Source of the DNA: Flectonema sp. DT1601
Taxonomy: Eukaryota
DNA length: 64,000 nucleotides
Assembly: GCA_964019425.1 (NCBI GenBank)
Contig: OZ025790.1
Location: forward strand, 682,001-746,000
Direction of reading: 5' to 3'
Shown here: one piece after another, positions 15,001 to 22,513 of the stretch
Layout: every line of letters begins with the position of its first letter
Position numbering within the stretch: position 1 is the stretch's first letter
Program-made: the position numbers and the translations under genes
Notes under the pieces: generated by a model
Told to the model about the DNA's origin: nothing
The model's database searches: none
Seen by the model: only the letters and a program-made list of their open reading frames with translations

Positions 15001-18000
15001 AGGTCCAGCACAAAGTCATCGAACGCGATCGACACGTCGTTTGCCGACACCGACGACAGCCCACCCGACAGGTCGATGCGCAGCTCGAATCGGAACCCAA
15101 GCGTCGCCTTCGCCGCAAACGTGTTCACCCCGCTGAACTCGAAAAGCTCTTCGTCGATCAGGTCCTGCAGCTTCGGCGTGATCTCCATGTCAAGCAGCCC
15201 GTTTACGAGAAACGAAAGCTCGAACACGTCCCCGTTCCGCCCTCCCGAAACCAATGCGAACGGCACGTTGTTCTGCGGTTTGAAGATCAGCTCGACCATC
15301 GCCAAAAGCTTCTCCTGGTACATCGTGATCACCTCACGCGCCCCGGGGCACACCGGTGACCCCTCGCTCGCCTTGCACGTTGCCGAGTATTTCTCGTCCA
15401 CCAACTTCGTCAGCTCCGCATCCCAGATCAAGAAATCTCCGAACGTCGTCGAGTTCTCCCCCGTCGCCAACATCCCGTTCAGCGAACGGTCCAGCAACGG
15501 AATGTTCGTGTTCAACGCTTCCAACGAGTTCAGTTTCTCCCCGACACTTGCCACCGCCCCGAGACCCGATTTCAGCGCGTCCACGATCTGCGGAGTCAGG
15601 GCCACGTCTACCTGGAATTTAGGTCCCGTTGCATCGAACAAGTTGCGATCCACAATGTCCAGCGTCACCAGAACAGATTCCACTCGGATCGGCAACGATG
15701 CCTCCAAACTTCCCTGCAGGACTAGCGAATCTTTCAGAGGCTGCACGTCGAACGACACCGCTGGCGACGCCGTCTGATCGAACAAAGTTACAGGTCCCGC
15801 CGCCGTGGCCGTCGAGTTTACTCCGAACCCGAGAAGCAGGTTTCCGCTTTCCAACGTAAGGTCGATCGCCCCGAACGAAAGAGTCTCCACGTAGTCCGTC
15901 AGGTTCGCCCTCACCGCGAAGAAGAAATCCGTCACACGTGTGTAAGCCAGGGGCGCTGACTTTGTTTCGATCAGCGGCTTCAGGTTCAGCCCCGCCGTCA
16001 CCCCGACCCGAAACTCCGCTCCGAACGAGAGAGCCGTCGATAGGTCTCCAAGCGCTCCCAACGTCTCCATCGCCACGCTGTCGAACGCTGGATTATCCGC
16101 AACTCCGTCCAGCAGCTTAGTCAGTGCATCCGCAAGCGCCGTCACCAGCTCCGCAGTGGTCGCTTCCGCCCCGAAATCCAGCAGCAGGTCTACCACCACA
16201 CACATGTCCCCCTCGGTGTTCGTCTCGAGACCTCCGTTCACCGACAGCGGCCCAACCGACACCCCGACAGTCAGTCCGCTCCCGAACACGCGCTTCTTCA
16301 GATAGTTCACGAACCCACCGATGCTCGGGTTACGTCCAAACAGGTTCGCCAAGTCATCAACGGTGATCGAAACTGCCGAAGATCCGAACAGTGCGCTTCC
16401 CACCTGCGGAAGGTAGTTTTTCCAGTCGAAGATTTCCCCGGTGCTCGGGTCAAGGTGAAACCCCTCCACCGTCAACACGCTGAACTTGCTCTCACCGATC
16501 AGCACCAACATCGCACTCTGGAAGTCGGTACTCGTCCCAAGGGCCTCCCCGACGCTCAGCAGATCCCCGAGGCTTCCCAGAGTGAACGACCCCGCGCTCA
16601 CAGAAGGTGCCAACGCAACACGAAGCTCCGTCAGGTAATCCACTGGGTTGAATCTCACACTTCCCACCGTCACCGGGAACCCTGAAGCGTCCACCGATCC
16701 AAACAGATTCCTCACCGCGTCCGGAAGTTCCCTCAGCAGCGCCTGCGCCATGCGCTTCGTCATACCGAAGTCCGGGTGCAGCGACAACAGCTGTCCAACC
16801 TCTCCGACGCTCAGCGCACCCGTCGAAACAGATCCCGTCGACAACCCAGTGAAGTACGCTCTGAAATACGTTGGGAAGCTGAACAGACTAAAATACTCGT
16901 CCGCAGAGGGGTCATGGAGCCCCGAGTTGAATCGTCCGAACACCGCTCCCCACTTCCCCTGAAACACCACCAGAATCTTCGCGTTCGTCGCGTCCAATTT
17001 CGCCCCCACGTCCAGAGACGACAGCGCCCCGGCAACCTCCAGAGACAGACCTCCAGCCAACCCATTCGCCAGCTGACGGAACTTGATTAGCAATTCCAGG
17101 TAGTCCCCCAAGTTCTTCGCGATGTCGAATTTCCCCTTGAAAGACGACAGAAGCCCCTCGATCTGTGACAACCCCGGGATCGATGACAACCCCGACACGT
17201 CGAGACCCCCAATCCCCTCAATCAGGCTCGTCAGCTTCTCCGGCAGCTCCGAGAACGTGTTCGTCGACAATCCCGTGTGTCCGACCCCTTCCCCGACACC
17301 GTTCGGAAGGCTCGGAATGAAAGCCGACAAGTCCATATCCAGAGAGAATTTCGGAAATCCCCCCGCGAACAGATTCTCGTTGTGGTACTCGATGATGGGG
17401 ATCAGGTTCGCGTCCCCGCTGAACAGTCCCACGTCCAGCTCGATTGGCAGGATCACATCCACCGATGCGTAAGGAGTAATCGACAGTTGCGACAGAAACT
17501 CTTTCATCCCATTAACACCTCCGGACCGCAGCTTGAACAGCGAAGCCTCCAAGTACGGAGTCAGCTCACCTTCCGCTACCGCAGCTCCAAAGTTCGACTT
17601 GAACCCAGCACCCAGAGCGAAAGACCCCTCGCTGATCGCAACCGTGAACACGTCTCCCCCGAAAGACAAGCTGAAGTCCACCGGGTCCACCACGATCGCT
17701 GCCCCTGCGGACAAATCGTTCACCCGAATCACGGAATTCACCGCGATCTTCTCTCCCGACAGCGCCCCGTCGTTCACGAACTTCGTGTTCACCGCGAGCG
17801 TCACGTCAACGACCACCTGCGCTTCGAACTTCACCTCTGCCGACAGGCTCGGTGCCGCTACATCCCCCTGCGACTGTCCCAGCAGGTCGAACAGCGGACC
17901 CAGGTCCTTGATGTGCGAAAGCATCCCGTCGATGGTCGCCCCAAAAGATCCCACAGACTCACTAGCTGAAGCCTCCAACCGCATGTTCAGCCGCACCTCG

Positions 18001-19208
18001 TTCGACTCCGGGAACCAACCCCCGCTCAGCGTCAACCCGCCCCCTGCGGCATAGTCCAGCGACGCCCCGTTTGTCGGCGTCATCAACCGATCCTTGATGT
18101 GGGCCATCAGCCCGCGGAACGTGTGCGACCCCGACAGCCCGAAGTACGCCTCCGCCACGGTCTCCAACTTCAGCAGCTCTCCCACTCCGTTGAACAGCGT
18201 AGACGAGTCCAATCCCTCGATGTTCAGCCCGCCGTCCCACCCGAATTTACCAAAATCAATGTTTGCAAGCTGCCCCAGCTGTCCCAAGATCGTCTCTTTC
18301 AGTGGATCGATGTCCGCATCTACCGAGAAAACCAGCGCCACTCCATCGAAGATGTTCTCATCCGACAAACTCAGAACAGGCGACGGCAGCTGCCCGACGA
18401 TCGGCGTCGTTACCCCAACTGTGAACACTCCCTCGAAACCTCCGCTCGGACTTCCCACAGAAATCTCCTGCACCCGCGTCAAGAAGTTTGTCACGTCGTC
18501 CGACGGAAAGTAAATCGGAACTTCCGCATTCGAGATCGTCGCCGTCCCAGCAAGGCTCACCATCCCACTCACTCCGGTCCAAGCCACCTCCTCTCCAGCA
18601 TCTACCGACCCACTCAGAGAGATCGTTACCTTCGAAGCACCAATCGAGATCGTCGCCTTCTCCGACGGAGACGTCACCGAGTTCGGAATCTTCAGCGTCA
18701 CCGTCGACGAGAAACCACCGGTTCCGGTCAAACTCAGCCCCCCACCCACCTTGAACGCAATCCCCAGCTTCTGCAGGTCAGCTGCCGGAAGTGATCCAAG
18801 ACTACCGGAAAGGGTGACCGCTTCTTCCAGAGCCACCGTCATCGAGATCGTCAGCTCATCTGTCACCGTGTCGTGCGTGCACGCCGCTGCGATCTGGCTT
18901 CCAAGGGCCGTATTCACCACGTCGAATGCCGTCTCGTTCACCGTGTTCAGCGTGGTAGTCAGATCCGCTGCGAACTTTGGCAGACCCATCGAACCTAAAT
19001 CCTTGTTTGCTCCCGGAATTAAGTTTGAGAATTGGGTCAGTTTGCCTTCGATCGAAGCAGATGCGACCTTCACTGCGTCCAGTGCGTCTAAGATATGCTG
19101 CTGATACGCAGCTGCCACGTCTACACATGGTTCCATTAAACCGTTTGTAGGTGTTGCTGACAACATCGCACTTATCGCCATCATCATTATCGACGATCGC
19201 GTACTCAT
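1..19208 (-). CDS. Second copy of the giant RTX protein gene (5' 19.2 kb; continues beyond the left window edge)
   Basis: Matches 41229-60436 at a constant offset of 41228; ATG at 19208; I noticed only 4 substitutions (4757, 11796, 16792, 18420). Absent from the ORF track because its stop is outside the window. Confidence 0.93.
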   Translation of the reverse strand, partial: MSTRSSIMMMAISAMLSATPTNGLMEPCVDVAAAYQQHILDALDAVKVASASIEGKLTQFSNLIPGANKDLGSMGLPKFAADLTTTLNTVNETAFDVVNTALGSQIAAACTHDTVTDELTISMTVALEEAVTLSGSLGSLPAADLQKLGIAFKVGGGLSLTGTGGFSSTVTLKIPNSVTSPSEKATISIGASKVTISLSGSVDAGEEVAWTGVSGMVSLAGTATISNAEVPIYFPSDDVTNFLTRVQEISVGSPSGGFEGVFTVGVTTPIVGQLPSPVLSLSDENIFDGVALVFSVDADIDPLKETILGQLGQLANIDFGKFGWDGGLNIEGLDSSTLFNGVGELLKLETVAEAYFGLSGSHTFRGLMAHIKDRLMTPTNGASLDYAAGGGLTLSGGWFPESNEVRLNMRLEASASESVGSFGATIDGMLSHIKDLGPLFDLLGQSQGDVAAPSLSAEVKFEAQVVVDVTLAVNTKFVNDGALSGEKIAVNSVIRVNDLSAGAAIVVDPVDFSLSFGGDVFTVAISEGSFALGAGFKSNFGAAVAEGELTPYLEASLFKLRSGGVNGMKEFLSQLSITPYASVDVILPIELDVGLFSGDANLIPIIEYHNENLFAGGFPKFSLDMDLSAFIPSLPNGVGEGVGHTGLSTNTFSELPEKLTSLIEGIGGLDVSGLSSIPGLSQIEGLLSSFKGKFDIAKNLGDYLELLIKFRQLANGLAGGLSLEVAGALSSLDVGAKLDATNAKILVVFQGKWGAVFGRFNSGLHDPSADEYFSLFSFPTYFRAYFTGLSTGSVSTGALSVGEVGQLLSLHPDFGMTKRMAQALLRELPDAVRNLFGSVDASGFPVTVGSVRFNPVDYLTELRVALAPSVSAGSFTLGSLGDLLSVGEALGTSTDFQSAMLVLIGESKFSVLTVEGFHLDPSTGEIFDWKNYLPQVGSALFGSSAVSITVDDLANLFGRNPSIGGFVNYLKKRVFGSGLTVGVSVGPLSVNGGLETNTEGDMCVVVDLLLDFGAEATTAELVTALADALTKLLDGVADNPAFDSVAMETLGALGDLSTALSFGAEFRVGVTAGLNLKPLIETKSAPLAYTRVTDFFFAVRANLTDYVETLSFGAIDLTLESGNLLLGFGVNSTATAAGPVTLFDQTASPAVSFDVQPLKDSLVLQGSLEASLPIRVESVLVTLDIVDRNLFDATGPKFQVDVALTPQIVDALKSGLGAVASVGEKLNSLEALNTNIPLLDRSLNGMLATGENSTTFGDFLIWDAELTKLVDEKYSATCKASEGSPVCPGAREVITMYQEKLLAMVELIFKPQNNVPFALVSGGRNGDVFELSFLVNGLLDMEITPKLQDLIDEELFEFSGVNTFAAKATLGFRFELRIDLSGGLSSVSANDVSIAFDDFVLDLSLNSGLEATVTVGVLGAAIDGGSGSIAMRFEGALSGGNHVAITQISGDAMVITKSGHVKAEIPFKATIGETDLSGSNNVGMGGEDLRPRVTVDLPDIFTPGGLTIAHHNMDQLLNFRGLSPLDVVQIVNTVINGLQEYASSPVFNVTLPLIDLSLGNAIDFADSITEKLVSVMTAAQAPKDRQTLSLCYESEMLPGWAGADNAAFQEALTFRTFEIEINQQYVTLIELDYAAIQAETTTAGVAARVAEAVNAAGLGSSITVAARDDGTEGIRVCTTEEIEASVLGFRVTLLKTGNTKYEEMLGKPVKVLGIEDGTVVNVAREPSFSTADALSAILSEALAPTVVKVTLEQDAVTQQWDVMFNVALPQLSLPTPTVNLRFGAEVDPLLDVEASANLALSTTFDLSFDFGARLGMSAGDLSIIGAPAGGLEATTTSGMGCVFVLDKVRYSVTLDSGKKLVEELTKQVATVDAQLSGGKKITVIQYTEQKSYTVTTTGVRKFETEVTEEFKNVGGMKSESSRAKTFAPLVRGLHFVGALQLDATDFGFLANVAVLAAVADGGSGFVRAELDVVLGSLTEKTTLAALREALGDADTRFSLVTATAKLSGAFTLPEGTVSIEVPGVLSLTAGGIKVELPEFVLPLQKGFTSSLPTGSDFLVTVDVPSFPNLSDIKNMDLGQIIGLIADAVELVFGPPETLVDGVPTIVAGKFGDSGLIGDLAILDMEIPFLSFTPNEILDPVQVVLREIESIASDLGGSIKRLEELIEDKLGLDPSLLTFTYVEGMGGAPSSIQVSLTKALGYSKELRFDVSLAELIQNSDALDEVGLDSLTSLVDASASLESVFSFSASAELVLALEVTLEKTPKLSLNKETGLTLQLLAKGEFSFAASLGPFDISISGAKAEVGIADVPVQYRFGLSQNHALESGAFSAILADFKATQGLTGGVQASLPIDGFGEIGFKIESLDAFLSRTPGSVTVTGLDVLKLLSGKFSISPVEVMLTDSQTIINGIDSVLALLDKIITGGAGILKKLLLPMLGEKVRDALDTSFISSFRTGLVNTMTNGLDALAKDEPGQKLNVAQVLAKLMGLLFHDELGILLEAADPYDPASDWKAIEVTVRHKDGNVMPEVLDENYALVDGADLSEADAIEWNLNIGMSWEVGAGFDIGFGLDEFPLGFELSSDLKFVIGWRFNLKFGMSVKKGFYLNVDGKELTVFAALTFPNLRAAGDLFIMNIEMNGRDYPDGEGATGLIGAIYLDVLDVNTDNYLTLKELKKGGLSLLSLEYEFTALAEMDLRFGILESVIPGLPSLSCGAYIEWTISGAFTKGKKSSAALPAQSGKKDLPKKYQSKSLKKPRAIPLPRVLLFDVSLDMGKIITTLLQPIFGKLAELVEPIQPVLDALQVRLPVISDIAGRSVTILELPELLINGLLGSGGPVRGSVKNIAAYLGVITEIVELIQLIVDLVKQVEEQLNRNPPIDSFKLNFGDFELEKIGPYIVPFVFTGPNPGTFEGTGREWDVLATSPSSKTKPSTQTKSTGDIGKDTGGGGMQKLLKRLTDSEAMWQYPFLSPSGALGLITGEDVDLITLNSPKMEIEVIVDFGIDFFVLAINFYGEFKVSARLQAGYDTSGIREAIERKKPLLALNGFFISDTETPGEDTLELAASGGIRVSASINLGLVRVRASGFVSFEASIDLYDPNGDGKIRLGEIWAIIKENFFKLFNLKAKFCAGASIYAEIFNPFVNWKCGWVYCYPRGRWEKTNPELSISACLIDIDTSPPPQPILAHIDSGNLALHMGPDAGKRVSGDTSDNGETFQIRHINGEPGLETVEVVFVKGEAREDQLTTEFEQVSSYSGNCGLQTDHIYLQNPMSGGNLVCGQGADTIVIDYTSHQGVLADGTIGSSGLSGFAMGELVLNFNARNVNVLLPADAGKVTVTGVASGTTLTIEGADGNNEFEVTNPGEVKGTLVVKGGNDRDTLRITVPSSSGSVGGSLGPTTVNGLGMLIPVSYSGFELVVVQLGKNGDTFRVIETLATTDVEVVTAGGGDHVTIGDGTVEKIRSLVMVEGDSQTRVAKLTIDDSADTSGNSGRMTSQVVSGLGMSGPGIEFAALGELIVKLPVTIPEGSKNVFTVAGTHRGLVTVQGGNGVDHLTVEGTSGTTYVNGGNGADVITVPPATNPEGSAINPLLAPLYIDGERGNDTISVGFAGTGASFVSITDSGYLVHDPSELNTLEMNGTPGDDNFLIRANFIANIHGGGAAAERVDMDRGINAGITINGLKGDDTYACDDNAGIMTLNGGEGNDQFLFGQLYNAERDSVHIPGVSDVFTTAKTTEGYLSSGNHFHINANGESGDDTFIVMRNIATLALRGGADDDRFTIRAFALWDSLTPEKPDPEIKETTVDTGEGQDVVMYAVNAPVAIDGGPGFDTLVVIGTEYPDTFVVTRNGIYGAGLFVTFVGIESVEVATLAGDDTVYVMSTDEQVSTSVYTGLGSDDVIITPHESSYVVSNDLRGHSGVVNNMVTSATDASYNGMEAHGVSANVADEDTPSMVFNTDGMQVMIEGKGTQGTYTIRMVHPPSADVTITVVAPTPPSQLVGSKNVFVTPQSLTFEKNGNRWKDVKTVTVSVEDDNVKEGKEAIAIAHTVAQFNGGSEYDNLIVPMVQFSILDSEEFEFYLIEGMDGGMRVSETGLGTVGKTASYTMLMRPCVSTAVRMKLVYDSAQVQVSREAFDFTTSNGCEEVITVTAVDDEAVEGFHYTTVQHEVETANADFAAAAVPYVGIQILDNEAPGMVLLESHGSTDVIEGGLTDTYEVYLTKEPQGSVTVSPTVKKTKAIEAKFLPEREQVSVSPATLTFDSSNYYIAQTVTVTAVVDNAVDDHTVKEFGAQPSLAYQIQGSLTVSGDNNPTAIDFLPPVMLPGETDSGVFADRLDNPNLDVIESMQIDTLTVENTGGFLPTTVTLLPGRVTGMGMGTDRVREGKALLGGIQYSDLEVVVLNLGAAVDTVVVGGTHTGATYINAGKGDDTFQVYGAVGPTYVNGQEGDDTFVVGDDAGKLVQIKDLVSLSGGSGEHNTLHINNWGGNPDLGFAGFLSRTDLSGFGMVAKRGEDSKKVHAVTVRGTSGAFALSFEFDGMVYHLDAFSLGTAAKTIEDAMQHAVFGADPNRCGNELKSKCTRSFAVDSVDSLTYIVRYEGEAETAGGAITVDVSGVVNGEVEYLAGADINSRVRLAGINYGDMRTLEIDMGTTAKDAINVRGVSIPTAIRTHGGDDVIALGSDANLVTIAEAGSGSTLPGWLKYIQNTITLDAGTGRNRLMVSDSTGSGKGVDGERVILEKNLIRNLAPVPIPYVGTFTGGITVWTGQEKDKVYVRSTILAAVEGERVVTTLNTGGGDDEVEIYLGGEIPDGFFVVNGEGGNDVIDARETVIPLVIVGGLGSDTIYPGQKADIIFGDEGTVTYGGTMSIGSAHGSTGQLDGKAAPPTSAQTAESPSSACAAEAAGSKDVIVTKGCSRYIIFGGPGGDEITTEGGLDFVFGDLGSIEFDAEGRVVKMESTCPGQGSDDTINTGDSADIVFGGPGADVIDTGRSDDVVFGDHGMLGLGYFSEKGAEEDRHVTVAESRHPSDGGADVIDVGYGNNTAFGGASGDRVLGSMNRDFLFGDHGRYTSALSKPTDFTLESLFAEQGGDDTLSGQSGHDFLFGGAGEDAISGGEGRDTIFGDHGAVEVGVIADVATAKGRCAVGDAVALGARDVVYGGDDEDTVFGGAGSDELHGGDNNDVLFGDCGEFEVVGEDRKYWSVSGGAAAAAGDSDALFGEDDDDILVGGQGGDNVVGGAGDDWMFGDSGAVEVSPSKTYATAETTFLEYGGEDTLGGGEGNDLVFGGPGSDEIHGGDHKDVLFGDFGRYESISAGSRLYDASFEVVDQPLPPATGAKDTIYGGESHDIIFGGAGADVVEGGAGRDWMFGDYGKALLDGSLEYFKMESTSPGHGAGDQLSGGDEDDVIFGGRGADTIHAGKHDDVVFGDFGSVESAKPGDMAMESLFTCEDGGADLIYGEHGNDVLIGGFGSDVIEGFTGKDWIIGDHGKGTLAPSLDFRSVESILGCGANDTLVGGDEDDYIFGCEGKDTIDGNEHNDAVFGDHGKFSSAAHGEGHWESILTEAEHGDDDVITTHDGDDIVFGGQGIDKIVGGAGRDWLFGDHGLVNLGPTSFHLESTHATSGGGADDLRGGDGMDYLFGGFGQDKVYGERENDVLFGDHGAITSAVPGDIVYRSVLFELADQSADDSDVLVGDIGDDIIFGGGGVLDVITGHTGKDWIFGDFGEIEVRESEELTIMTSTSPTTGGDDEISAGDEDDVVFGGTGKDSIKGEKHNDVIFGDHGRYQIKWSAVGGWRKFESLHTGDAGEGGDDVLSGSVGDDIIIGGQGGDTVHGGDGKDFIIGDQGEIDISDDPATSDTWSLRSTASLSGGNDHLYGESETDVIIGGFGDDEVVGSSGEDILLGDHGEVYRTTHDSSNPDVGGLYVKSTFTDSDGEGGADTITGSYGRHIIMGGQGDDVITVAEGSDWIFGDHGHVRDHENGTYTLESLAPLSGGADTISAGDADDIVFGGYGNDTIDGSNGNNVVFGDHGFVQRNASDEFNMTSIFTEGGEGGSDTIDVQDGKDYVFGGQSNDVIRTRGGDDSVFGDHGSVVISKEADSLVYESTAPALADGGNDEILTGGGDDIVFGGSANDVIDGEDGVDFIFGDFGRVRKMFTQPGDLVLQTVFDGEATAGSGDDTIHGSAGDDILFGGRGADSISGNAGLDVVFGDIGIMTRTPLTGLTHLVTTGDAADGEDDHLNGDEENDILLGGGGEDTINGGDGDDFVFGDAGEVHLNPSSHWVRLRNANQVGGGSDVIDGGLGDDKILAGAGGDVVHGGAGGDVIIGDYGKYETTNPGDFTVKGSAGPATSDAGAADKIFAGEGDDVVVAGEGDDEVDGEGGNDYIFGDLGEVAWTPSAELTKLITLGSCSGGDDTITAG

Positions 19209-19290
19209 TTTTTTAGCAGCTGAGAGTTGTTTCTAGCTGCTCTTATTCTTTGATTACCCTTTTCTTTTATTTGATGGGTAACTTGTATAA

Positions 19291-19330
19291 CTGAACGAGA
19301 GAATGAGAATAAGTAATATAAAAAAAAACA
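19291..19330 (-). promoter_or_regulatory. Candidate splice acceptor (possibly SL trans-splicing) 82 nt upstream of the giant gene ATG; also at ~29825 and ~60519
   Basis: Minus strand TTTTTTTTTATATTACTTATTCTCATTCTCTCGTTCAG|TTATAC..., followed by AAAAAAATG. Confidence 0.5.
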
Positions 19331-19412
19331 ATACAATACACTACACTACACTACACTACACTACACAGCACAACGCAACACAACACAACACAACACAACA
19401 AAACAAAACACA
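19327..19412. repeat. Compound pentamer microsatellite (ATACA/CTACA/CAACA/AAACA), copy A
   Basis: Visible tandem pentamers upstream of the giant gene. Confidence 0.9.
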
Positions 19413-19960
19413 AAAAGGAACGATGTCGTAGATCAAGTCTTCCCCTATTTACCAACAGAATAGAGTCACGCAATTAGATTAATTCACATTAGAGTGTTGT
19501 GGTAGCCTGCATTAACATAAATAAAATACACAAATACGTCTGTGCGAACATTACAACACTCCCATCTCCCAACAACAGGAAACAAGAAGAAGATACACAA
19601 CAAGGAAAACGAGGCACAGCTCAACACACGGAAAACGTCGAAACACTGAATGCAACACGATCCAGCATTTCGAGAAAAAAAAGGAAGTTTTTTTTTAATT
19701 CAGTTTGTGTGTCATATAAACAACATGACACAGCGGAGAGGAAGAAACTGCTGCGTTCTGATTGTCTGGTCGAAAGCTACCAAGCAATTCAGCACAGCAT
19801 ACGAAGCTTACACAGTTAACAACTGGATTGCTACCAGACATATTCGTTGTCGGGAGAGCGTTTAAAATGGAACAAATAGTGTTTTTTTTTCTCTTTACTG
19901 TTAATTTTTTAATTTTTCTTTTTTTTTTTTTTTTTTTTTTTCAGAGAAAAGCAATACTTT

Positions 19961-21307
<1,347 letters not shown>

Positions 21308-21322
21308 TTAAAGTAGAAATAA

Positions 21323-21390
21323 CTGAATCAGGGAGAGAGAGAGAGAGGAAAGAAATAATAAATATTAATAAAATAAAATAAAACAAAATA
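21323..21390 (-). promoter_or_regulatory. Candidate splice acceptor (possibly SL trans-splicing) 33 nt upstream of the protease ATG; also at ~31906 and ~63470
   Basis: Minus strand T-rich and (CT)n tract ending CTGATTCAG|TTATTTC..., then CAAAAATG. Confidence 0.55.
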
Positions 21391-22007
21391 CAACATTATA
21401 TCGATCCAGGAGGGACAAGTCAAGCGGAAGCTCCAGTGAAAGTCTGTAAACTCGCTCTCTAAAACTCGACAACCCCAATGTCGGCGGCAGTCTTCATTTT
21501 TTAGAACATCCTGAGAAATAACTGAAATAACAAGTAAAGGAAACAATAAATATCATATTAACACGTTAAGTCCCCTCTTCTTCTGAGATTCAAAACAACA
21601 ATAAGTTAGTAGTGAAATAGTTAATATCGAGACGGAGTGGAACAGAAGATTAAAAACAAGTCGGAAGCCTCAGTGAATGACAAGGTAGTTGAATACAACA
21701 TTTATTAATACAAATCAAACCGTCGGATGGAATGCTGCAATCAGTAAACAGTCACAGTCACTCCCCTCGGGGATCAAACAAATAGTCGAATCAATTCACA
21801 GGAATACATCTATGCTCGGACTTTAGCTTACACGCATGTGAATTAATTCACAACAGTTATTCACAAGACTATACTGCTTCTGTCAGTAGCGGTAGTTTAG
21901 AGCACAGCGTCTCGCAGTGTTCGCCCGGGAGCAATGCGGGCTACTAATTGCTTTGGTGCTGTTAGCTACTTATTTGTACCGAATTTTGAAATTGGATGAA
22001 AAAGCGA

Positions 22008-22513
22008 TTCCTACGATGTCGACGTGTTTCGAGAATTCGAGGGTCACTCCGTTCATCTCTATTTTGTGTCCGTTCTCTTCCCGGTTGGAGAACCAGTTGC
22101 ATTTGTGAGGTGCCAGCTGTTGTCCCGTCACTGTGCAGTATTCGGCTACGATGTCGACACCCTTCTGTAGGTCTTCTCTGGCCCCACCAGCGTCAGATCG
22201 TCCGCGTACGATTCAGGCTTGACAACCGATTCTTGCTCAATCGCCTTGCTGAGGATAGAGCATAGTGCATTGAACAGCACTACGCTCAGAGGGCAACCTT
22301 GCAGTATTCCATTGGTGGTCTTGAACGGCTTTCCGACCCCCGATGCGAATTTGAACCTCCTGGTCAGGTTGTCGTAGACGTGCCGAATAGGTTTCAATAT
22401 CCTATCCGAGATCCCCATGGCTTCAACCAAATTTAAGAGGATGCCGTGCGGTACTAGGTCGAAGCATTTCTTGAAGTCGGTGGTAACCCCCGCGATTTTT
22501 TTCCCGGACAGGG
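22008..22513 (-). repeat. Duplicated RT fragment (homologous to 24606-25102)
   Basis: Direct repeat covering DFKKCFD, QGCPLS and YADD; differs by scattered substitutions, a 1-bp deletion and 10 extra bp. Confidence 0.92.
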
